A stretch of 28,904 nucleotides of DNA from a virus (lineage: Duplodnaviria; Caudoviricetes): positions 1-28,904 of IMG/VR virus record IMGVR_UViG_3300028588_000072; one strand, 5' to 3'. This document shows positions 22,737 to 28,904 of the stretch, piece by piece. The notes beneath the pieces are model-generated. The model saw only the letters and a list, made by a program, of their open reading frames with translations, had not been told where the DNA came from and made no database searches. How positions within the stretch are numbered: the first letter of the stretch is position 1; each line of letters starts with the position of its first letter. The position numbers and the translations under genes are program-made.

Positions 22737-24068
22737 ATGGCAGGACTTTTCGAGATGTTCAGCGGCACGCCGCAATCGCAGGGGCTGCTCGCCGCGGCGG
22801 CGCAGATTCTCCAGGCCTCCGGGCCGTCGCGCACGCCTACCAGCTTGGGCCAGATCCTCGGCAGCGGCCTGGGCGCGTACCAGCAGCAGGAGCAGCAGGC
22901 GCGCCAGACGGGCCAGCTCGAGCAGATGCGTGGCGTGCAATTGCAGGAAGCGCAAGCCGGCCTGTCCGATCGTCAGCGCGCGCGCGAGCAGGAGCAGCAG
23001 ATCAGCGCCGCGATGCGCGGTGCGAACGGCGACAGCGGTTTTGACACGAACGCCGCGATCCAGGCTGTGATGCGTATCGACCCGATGCGTGGCCTGGAGC
23101 TGCAGCGCTCGCTGGCGAAGGTCGGGCCCAAGTTCGACAGCGGTATCACGTTCGTGAACGGCCCCGACGGCAAGCCGGTGGCGGTGCGCACGGCGGACGA
23201 CGGCAGCGTCAAGCAGCTCGACGGCTTGTCTCCGCGCGAGAAGCTGCAGCTCGAGAACCTGGGCGGCCGAAGTGTGGCTGTCAATCCGTTCGAACTGCAG
23301 TCCGGCCAATCGTTCGATCGCACTGCCACGCCCGACACTTTGATTTCGGCGGCCACGCAGCGCCGGGGCCAGGACATCACCGCGCGCGGACAGGACATGG
23401 TCGATCGCCGCGCCGCTTCGTCGATGCCGACGAACAAGCCGATCCCGACCGCCGCGCTGAAAATGCAGCAGAGCGAACTCGACGCGCTGTCGACCGCCAG
23501 CGGCATCGATGGCCAGCTCGGACGCATCCAGGGTCAACTGGAAAGCGGCAAGCTGTCGTTCGGTCCAGTGTCGAACCTGATCAACCAGGCGCGCAATGCT
23601 TCCGGCATGTCGACCGAGGAGAGCCGCAACCAGGCTTCGTTCCGCTCGACGCTTGAGAAGCTGCGCAACGACTCGCTGCGCCTGAACGCCGGCGTACAGA
23701 CGGACGGTGACGCACAGCGCGCGTGGAACGAACTGTTCACCAACCTGAACGACACCGACCTGGTCAAGCAGCGCCTGGGCGAGATTCGCGGCATCAACAC
23801 GCGCGCCGCGCAGATCCGCAAGCTGAACGTCGACGGCATCCGGGCAAACTATGGGCGCGATCCGCTGGACACGTCGCAGTATGAGCAGCCGGGCGCCGCG
23901 CCAGCGCAAGCACCGCGCGCCGCGGCGGCAGCCACAGCACCGGCCGCCGCCGGCAACAAGACGGTGTCGCTGGCCGACATCACCGCCACCGCGCGCGCCA
24001 GCGGGCGCAGCACGAAAGAAGTAACCGCCGCCCTTCGTGCCAAGGGCTACACGATTGGAGGCCAGTGA
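22737..24068 (+). CDS. DNA ejection protein 2
   Basis: Helical Q/A-rich protein with GLLAAAAQIL N-terminus and GVQTDGDAQRA motif. Position fits. Confidence 0.7.
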   Translation: MAGLFEMFSGTPQSQGLLAAAAQILQASGPSRTPTSLGQILGSGLGAYQQQEQQARQTGQLEQMRGVQLQEAQAGLSDRQRAREQEQQISAAMRGANGDSGFDTNAAIQAVMRIDPMRGLELQRSLAKVGPKFDSGITFVNGPDGKPVAVRTADDGSVKQLDGLSPREKLQLENLGGRSVAVNPFELQSGQSFDRTATPDTLISAATQRRGQDITARGQDMVDRRAASSMPTNKPIPTAALKMQQSELDALSTASGIDGQLGRIQGQLESGKLSFGPVSNLINQARNASGMSTEESRNQASFRSTLEKLRNDSLRLNAGVQTDGDAQRAWNELFTNLNDTDLVKQRLGEIRGINTRAAQIRKLNVDGIRANYGRDPLDTSQYEQPGAAPAQAPRAAAAATAPAAAGNKTVSLADITATARASGRSTKEVTAALRAKGYTIGGQ

Positions 24069-26224
24069 TGGCAGGACGTGATCTTTCCGATGAACTGTTC
24101 GGCGATGCGCCGGCGCCGAAGAAAGGCGGCCGTGACCTGTCGGCTGAACTGTTCGACGCGGCGCCAGCGCAGCAGCGCGGCTTCGGTGCGCAACTCGGTG
24201 ACGCAATCGCCGATGTGCCGCGCCAGGTCGGGCTGACCGCGCGCCACGGCATCGAGGGTGTCGGCGAACTGTTCGACACGTTCGTCGGCAACCCGGTGCG
24301 CACACTGGCCGCGCCCGTACTGGGCAACAAGCCGACTGCGCGCACCGGCGCGACGATCGCCGACGGCCTGGGCCTGCCGCAGCCGCGCACCGCTGGCGAG
24401 CGCATTGTCGGTGATGCGTCGCGCCTCGTCGCCGGCGGCGCCGGCATGCTGGGTGCTGCAGGCAAGGCGGCGCAAGGGCTGTCTGGCACCGCGCAGGCGG
24501 CGGCCCGGCTCCTGGCATCCAACCCTGGCCAGCAACTGGTCTCAGCGGGCGCCTCCGGCCTGGCTGGTGGATCCACGCGTGAGACTGGCGGCGGCGACAC
24601 CGCGCAGCTTGTGGCGTCCCTGGCGGCTGGTGTCGGCGCACCGATGGCAATGGGTGGCGTGCAGCGCGCAGCCGGCGCCGTGGCGCGCCGCATGCAACCG
24701 GCCACCCCGACGGCCCAACAAGCGCAGCAGATCGACATCACGATCAACAACGCGCTGCAGGACTCGGGCGTCACGCTCGGCGAACTGCCGCGCCAGGTAG
24801 CGCAAAGAATCCGCAACGACGTGGCCAAGGCGTTCCGCACGAGCGATCAGGTGTCGCCCGACGCGGTGCGGCGCCTGGCCGATTACCGCATGACCGGGCT
24901 GACGCCGACGGCCGCCGGCCTGACGCTCGACCCGGCCGTGGTCACGCAGCAGAAGAACCTGGCCAAGCTGGGCATCAACAGCCGGGACAGCACCGCGCAG
25001 TTCCTGGGCCAAACCGAGAACCGCAACAATCAGGCTCTCAAGGCTGGGCTGAACAACCTTGGCGCCGGCGCGGCAGACGATGCCTACGCAGGCGGCGAGC
25101 GGATCATCGGCGCGCTGGAGCGCCGTGACGAGCGTGCGCGCGACGTGATCGGTAAGCTGTACGACCGGGCTCGAGACTCGCGCGGGCGCAGCGCCGCGCT
25201 GGATCCGCAGGCATTCACCAACCGCGCAGGCGATCTGCTGAACGAGGCCAACGTCGAATCGTTTCTGACGCCCGACATCCGCAACAAGCTGAACGGTTTC
25301 GCGTCGGGGGAGATTCCGTTGACGGTCGAGATCGCCGAGCAGTTCAAATCGAACATCGGCCGGCTGCAGCGATCGAGCATGGACGGCAACGTTCGGTTTG
25401 CGCTCGGTGCGGTGCGGCAGGCGCTAGACGAGACGCCACTGCTTGGGCGCGGCGCGGCGCCGGCCGCCGGCGGCAGCCAGCTGGCCCTCCCAGCAACAGC
25501 GCAGGACTTGGGCCAAGACTCGATCAACGCGTTCAACCGCGCGCGACGCGTCAACCGCATGTATATGGGACTGGTCGAGAAGACCCCTGCGCTGCAGGCG
25601 GTGCGCGACGGCGTCGAGCCGGACAAGTTTGTGCAGGACTTCATCGTCGGCACCGGCAAGAAGGCCGACTTCATGAGCGTGGCTCAGCTCAAAAGCTCGA
25701 TCAAGGCGAACCCGGTGGCGATGAATGCCGTGCGCGAGCAGATCCTGGGGCACCTGAAATCGAAGGCGCTGAACGGCCAAGCGGACGAGGTCGGCAACTT
25801 CGCCGGCGCCACGTACGTGAAGGCGCTCGACACGATCGGCGAACGCAAGCTGCGCCTTTTCTTCCAACCCGAGGAAATCCAGCAGTTGAAGGCGATAGGC
25901 CGCGTATCGCGTTACGAGCAGTTCCAGCCGAGCGGCGCAGCGGTGAACAACTCGAACACGGCTGGCGCGCTGGGCGGCATGGCTGAACGGCTCTTGAGCC
26001 AGTCAGTACTGTCGAAGATCCCGTTTGGCCAGGCAGCCATCGGCGCTCCGCTGGAAAGCATCAAGGTCGGATTTCAGTCGGGCCGCGCGCTGGACGTGCC
26101 GCGCACGCTGGCCGGCAAACGCCAGCCTATGCCAATCGGTCAGAAGGGGCTTCTGCTTTCGCCGGCGGCATTCATGGACTTGGAGACGGAGGAGGAACGG
26201 CAGCGTCGGCTACTTACGCCGTGA
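24065..26224 (+). CDS. DNA ejection protein 3 (large internal virion protein)
   Basis: 719 aa, Ala/Gly-rich hydrophobic segments, NNSNTAG motif. Last of three consecutive helical proteins. Confidence 0.7.
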   Translation: MMAGRDLSDELFGDAPAPKKGGRDLSAELFDAAPAQQRGFGAQLGDAIADVPRQVGLTARHGIEGVGELFDTFVGNPVRTLAAPVLGNKPTARTGATIADGLGLPQPRTAGERIVGDASRLVAGGAGMLGAAGKAAQGLSGTAQAAARLLASNPGQQLVSAGASGLAGGSTRETGGGDTAQLVASLAAGVGAPMAMGGVQRAAGAVARRMQPATPTAQQAQQIDITINNALQDSGVTLGELPRQVAQRIRNDVAKAFRTSDQVSPDAVRRLADYRMTGLTPTAAGLTLDPAVVTQQKNLAKLGINSRDSTAQFLGQTENRNNQALKAGLNNLGAGAADDAYAGGERIIGALERRDERARDVIGKLYDRARDSRGRSAALDPQAFTNRAGDLLNEANVESFLTPDIRNKLNGFASGEIPLTVEIAEQFKSNIGRLQRSSMDGNVRFALGAVRQALDETPLLGRGAAPAAGGSQLALPATAQDLGQDSINAFNRARRVNRMYMGLVEKTPALQAVRDGVEPDKFVQDFIVGTGKKADFMSVAQLKSSIKANPVAMNAVREQILGHLKSKALNGQADEVGNFAGATYVKALDTIGERKLRLFFQPEEIQQLKAIGRVSRYEQFQPSGAAVNNSNTAGALGGMAERLLSQSVLSKIPFGQAAIGAPLESIKVGFQSGRALDVPRTLAGKRQPMPIGQKGLLLSPAAFMDLETEEERQRRLLTP

Positions 26225-26287
26225 AGCCCACCACGCATTGAAGATGAAAGCGAGCGCCGCGCCCAGCTGGATTGGATCGTAGGACAT
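26210..26287 (-). CDS. Putative 25-aa single-helix membrane peptide
   Basis: MSYDPIQLGAALAFIFNAWWASRRK. GGGGTG SD-like element and a perfect TATAAT (26311-26316) upstream on the - strand. Confidence 0.5.
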   Translation of the reverse strand: MSYDPIQLGAALAFIFNAWWASRRK

Positions 26288-26315
26288 TTGCACCCCATGT
26301 AGTTTCACCAATTAT

Positions 26316-26339
26316 AGGCCACCTCCGGGTGGCCTTTTC
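26316..26339 (+). terminator. Intrinsic terminator between ejection genes and lysis cassette
   Basis: AGGCCACC-TCCG-GGTGGCCT followed by TTTCT. Confidence 0.8.
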
Positions 26340-26357
26340 TATTTCCGAAAGGTCTAT

Positions 26358-26708
26358 ATGACCCCCTCCAACCCGCCATCTGGCGGCTTTGATTACGACA
26401 CGTTGCTCAGCTGGGCGCTGCTGATCGCGATTTCCTTCTGGGGCGGCTGGGCCAGCTTCGTGCGCAAGATGCGCGACGGCCACCCGCGTGCTTGGAACCT
26501 GACCGAGCTGGTCGGCGAGCTGTGTGTCTCCGGGTTCACCGGGATCATCACCGCCCACCTGTGCGACGCAGCCGGCGCCTCCTCTCCCATGAAATATGCC
26601 CTGGTCGGCATTGCCGCCCACATGGGTTCGCGTGCCCTGTTCAAGTTCGAGGCGCTGATGAACTCGAAGCTGAACCTCCCCGCCGACCCGCCGCAGAAAG
26701 AGCAATGA
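26358..26708 (+). CDS. Holin (LydA-like family)
   Basis: Three hydrophobic segments, WGGWASF..., ELCVSGFTG and GIAAHMGSRAL motifs. Precedes the endolysin. Confidence 0.88.
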   Translation: MTPSNPPSGGFDYDTLLSWALLIAISFWGGWASFVRKMRDGHPRAWNLTELVGELCVSGFTGIITAHLCDAAGASSPMKYALVGIAAHMGSRALFKFEALMNSKLNLPADPPQKEQ

Positions 26709-27172
26709 CCATGCCGCCAACCGCATTCATCAACATGCTGCTGCCCGCAGCACAAGCAACGCACCGCGCCATCGGCATCCCCACAAGCCTGATCTTGGCG
26801 CAGGCAGCACTCGAATCCGGCTGGGGCGCGCGTGCGCCAGGCTGCAACCTGTTCGGCATCAAGCCGGGCCCGAAGTGGAAAGGGCCTGTGACGCTCGTCA
26901 CAACTCATGAAGTCATTAAGGGCGTGCGCACGCAGGTCATCGACAAGTTCCGCGCCTATAAGGACTGGGCCGAGTGCATGGTCGACCACGCGAATTTCCT
27001 CAAGGTGAACCCGCGCTACGCGCCCTGCTTCAAAGAGAAGACGGGCGAAGGCTGGGCCCGCGCTGTCGCCAAGGCCGGCTACGCCACCGATCCCAACTAT
27101 GCCGACCTGCTGATCTCGATCATGCGCGGCCGGAACATGTCCCAGTACGACAACCTGAAAGGCACGCCATGA
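26705..27172 (+). CDS. Endolysin, GH73 glucosaminidase/FlgJ-like
   Basis: LAQAALESGWG, NLFGIK, FRAY and AGYATDPNYA motifs. ATGA overlap with the holin. Confidence 0.92.
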   Translation: MTMPPTAFINMLLPAAQATHRAIGIPTSLILAQAALESGWGARAPGCNLFGIKPGPKWKGPVTLVTTHEVIKGVRTQVIDKFRAYKDWAECMVDHANFLKVNPRYAPCFKEKTGEGWARAVAKAGYATDPNYADLLISIMRGRNMSQYDNLKGTP

Positions 27173-27291
27173 ATCGCATCCTGCTGCTCGCCCTCCTCCT
27201 CCTGGCCCTGTCCGGCTGCTCGAACCTGGCCATGCAATGCACCGGCACCTACACCGGAGACGAGGTGCGCAATGCTCGCCAAGCCAAATGA
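27169..27291 (+). CDS. Small lipoprotein (40 aa), o-spanin-like position
   Basis: MNRILLLALLLLALSG|C lipobox, a second Cys, and an ATGA overlap with the endolysin. Confidence 0.75.
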   Translation: MNRILLLALLLLALSGCSNLAMQCTGTYTGDEVRNARQAK

Positions 27292-27679
27292 TGCCCCGCT
27301 AGCCCAGCAAGGTGGCGAGTTCCTGACGAAGTTGCGTGATGAGCGAGTGTTGCTCTTTGGCAAGGATCGCGTGTTGCTGGCGCCCCTTGTTTACTACTCG
27401 CCGCTGCTGGCCGACCTGATCATCGTGCCGGAACACTTCGTCACCGATTATGCCTCCGTCCCGCGTGCGCCGCTCACGTACTGGCTGTTCGGCGGCATTG
27501 GTGACGAGGCGGCTGTCGTTCACGACTTCCTCTACGAAAAAGGCCTGGTACCGCGCGATCTGGCCGACCAGATCTACGGCGAGGCACTGACCGCGTGTGG
27601 CGAACCGGCATGGCGCCGCACGCCAATGGTGCTGGCGGTGCGCATGTTCGGCGCCAGTCGGTACCTGGAGCAGCGCTGA
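27272..27679 (+). CDS. DUF1353-family protein
   Basis: VPEHFVTDYASVPR and AAVVHDFLY...AD motifs. SD GAGGTG. Confidence 0.85.
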   Translation: MLAKPNDAPLAQQGGEFLTKLRDERVLLFGKDRVLLAPLVYYSPLLADLIIVPEHFVTDYASVPRAPLTYWLFGGIGDEAAVVHDFLYEKGLVPRDLADQIYGEALTACGEPAWRRTPMVLAVRMFGASRYLEQR

Positions 27680-27864
27680 TGCAGTTCGACATCAACATCA
27701 TCACGCCCGGCGGCGGTGGCCACGTTCTGACCGTTCACCAGGAGCATAAGGACCGGCTGCCGCAGCTGGTGGTCATCGCTGGCGAGGCATGCGATTCCCT
27801 GGCTGTGGAGGCTATGATGGAGCGCCTGATGGGAGAGCCCCTCGACGCGGCCCACCCTCGATGA
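27679..27864 (+). CDS. Hypothetical protein (61 aa)
   Basis: TGATG coupling. MQFDINIITPGGGGH... The 3' end overlaps a convergent gene. Confidence 0.55.
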   Translation: MQFDINIITPGGGGHVLTVHQEHKDRLPQLVVIAGEACDSLAVEAMMERLMGEPLDAAHPR

Positions 27865-28000
27865 GGACGCGCTGTACGATAGCGGGTGCTGTTTTTTGCT
27901 TGTGAAGAAAGCGTACCGCGGCGTCCAGGCCGAACGCGGTAGCGACGCTGACAGCCAGGTCAACGTATGCGGCGGTGAGGCGATCGGTTCGTTGTTCCAT
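27812..28000 (-). CDS. Small hypothetical protein, paralog A
   Basis: MEQRTDRLTAAYVDLAVSVATAFGL...PAIVQRVLIEGGP, clearly similar to 28118-28330. Confidence 0.75.
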   Translation of the reverse strand: MEQRTDRLTAAYVDLAVSVATAFGLDAAVRFLHKQKTAPAIVQRVLIEGGPRRGALPSGAPS

Positions 28001-28117
28001 GAGCCGATTATGGCAGGACGCGCGCTTGATCCTGTTGCTTGAGAAAAATTAAGCAGGGTGCATTAACGCGCCAATGCACTACGTCACTCTGTGTGATCGC
28101 GCTGCTTGAGCAACCCG

Positions 28118-28330
28118 CTACGTGCGCTGCGCGCCACGCGAAGACGGTTCAGGCCTAGCCGAAGTAGTGCCGCGCTGTGGCCCACCATCGATGAGCACCC
28201 GCTGCACGATCGCGGGGGATACGCCCTGCTCGTGCAGCGCTCGAACCCCGGCAGCCAAGTTGAAAGCGGCGGCCACATTGACGGCCAGGTCGACGTGCGT
28301 AGCGGTCAGACGATCGGTTCGTTTGTTCAT
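28118..28330 (-). CDS. Small hypothetical protein, paralog B
   Basis: MNKRTDRLTATHVDLAVNVAAAFNL...PAIVQRVLIDGGP. ATG at 28330 aligns with the start of paralog A. Confidence 0.75.
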   Translation of the reverse strand: MNKRTDRLTATHVDLAVNVAAAFNLAAGVRALHEQGVSPAIVQRVLIDGGPQRGTTSARPEPSSRGAQRT

Positions 28331-28363
28331 TCCCAAATAGTATCGACCATTCGTTACCAGAGT

Positions 28364-28377
28364 TTGACCGAAATCAA
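28364..28377. promoter_or_regulatory. FNR/CRP-family binding site candidate
   Basis: TTGAC-CGAA-ATCAA, one mismatch to TTGAT-N4-ATCAA, in a divergent intergenic region. Confidence 0.55.
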
Positions 28378-28395
28378 CGGTGCTACACTCTGGCC

Positions 28396-28689
28396 ATGCT
28401 CGGGAAAGTTAAACGCCTACGCCACCACGGCAAACGACTGTCGGATCGCGACATTGGCGCGGCGCCAGCAGTTGAGGGCAATGTGCGCGTCTACGGCGTT
28501 GGCACATCGATCGTGGCCAACGTCACCGACCCAAGCAGCCAGGTCGGTGACCCACTGGTTCCGACGCTGTACGAAGCCCGCCTGACGACGATGAACAGCG
28601 CTGGCTTGCTGCTGAAAGGTGAAGAGCGACCGCAGGGCGATGCAGGCCCGGCGTACATCCAAGAATGGGCGGTGCGGTTCGGCGACTGA
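28396..28689 (+). CDS. Hypothetical protein typical of prophage ends
   Basis: 97-aa ORF with LVPTLYEARL...LLKGEE....YIQEW. Extended -10 TGcTACACT directly upstream. Confidence 0.75.
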   Translation: MLGKVKRLRHHGKRLSDRDIGAAPAVEGNVRVYGVGTSIVANVTDPSSQVGDPLVPTLYEARLTTMNSAGLLLKGEERPQGDAGPAYIQEWAVRFGD

Positions 28690-28702
28690 GCCTGTGACGC
28701 CT

Positions 28703-28722
28703 GCTGGTACTTTCGTTGGTAT
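28703..28722 (+). repeat. Putative integrase arm-type binding sites
   Basis: Direct repeat GCTGGTAC-tttc-GTTGGTAT about 60 bp inside the att core, resembling P4-type integrase arm sites. Confidence 0.45.
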
Positions 28723-28778
28723 CTGCTCTACCCCCTTACTACCGAAGCCAGCATTCATGCAGGCTTCCGCCCTTTTCC

Positions 28779-28799
28779 CGATTCCAGTCGGGGGGACCA
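28779..28799 (+). repeat. attR core: duplicated tRNA 3' end (probably tRNA-Arg)
   Basis: CGATTCCAGTCGGGGGGACCA is the T-loop 3' half plus acceptor strand plus CCA, with no 5' tRNA half upstream. The Arg identity is from recollection of betaproteobacterial tRNA-Arg ends. Confidence 0.8.
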
Positions 28800-28800
28800 G

Positions 28801-28904
28801 CTACACCCCGTCATCCACCCGCAAACTGCGCTTCATGGTCGACAACAACGCGATCATCGTCGCCTTGTCTTCCGCCGCCACGTCGGCCAGCATTTCCTCG
28901 ATCC
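28801..28904 (-). CDS. 3' end of a host gene, possibly MarR-family regulator (partial)
   Basis: The - strand reads IEEMLADVAAEDKATMIALLSTMKRSLRVDDGV*, resembling a MarR C-terminal helix. It lies outside the att site. Confidence 0.5.
   Translation of the reverse strand, partial: IEEMLADVAAEDKATMIALLSTMKRSLRVDDGV

Larger units (their letters stand above)
1..28799 (+). mobile_element. Prophage (podovirus-like temperate phage), right part; left end lies outside the window
   Basis: Co-oriented replication, Q, terminase, portal, capsid, tail/ejection and lysis genes. There is no tape measure, tail tube or sheath gene. The element ends at a tRNA 3'-end duplication at 28779-28799. Confidence 0.95.

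Noticed and set aside
24074-24170. Duplicated GRDLS.ELF motif at the start of ejection protein 3
   Set aside because: It is real, but short N-terminal repeats are common in podovirus ejection proteins and nothing further supports a special role.
22602-24650. 682-aa minus-strand ORF
   Set aside because: It is a shadow of the ejection genes with low-information composition.
28730-28799. Complete tRNA gene
   Set aside because: Only the 3' 21 nt are tRNA-like. There is no D arm, anticodon arm or 5' acceptor strand, so it is called an att core.

Overview
This window is the right-hand ~28.8 kb of a temperate, podovirus-like (P22/LUZ24-type gene order) prophage in a high-GC betaproteobacterium. 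The host is probably Oxalobacteraceae/Burkholderiales, which is an inference. Gene order on the + strand is: DUF1376-type replication initiator with internal iterons, nin-like genes including RusA, a Q-like antiterminator, an AT-rich Zn-ribbon/HEPN moron, a lambda pR'-like late promoter and terminator, and a structured late leader with small ORFs and two anti-Shine-Dalgarno (TGTCTCCTC) RNA elements. Next come terS, terL, portal, scaffold, major capsid, decoration/appendage proteins (collagen-like, BNR-propeller), adaptor, tail fibre parts, nozzle, three DNA ejection proteins, and a lysis cassette (holin, GH73 endolysin, small lipoprotein, DUF1353). Small, apparently leaderless genes follow, then an attR made of a duplicated tRNA 3' end, and finally the 3' end of a host gene on the - strand. 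All family assignments come from motif recognition and synteny, not database searches. The best candidates for novelty are the HEPN moron wired into the Q/pR' locus, the paired anti-SD RNA elements, an antisense 25-aa membrane peptide at the end of the ejection genes, a signal-peptide-bearing collagen protein in the head operon, and a lysis cassette with no recognisable i-spanin.
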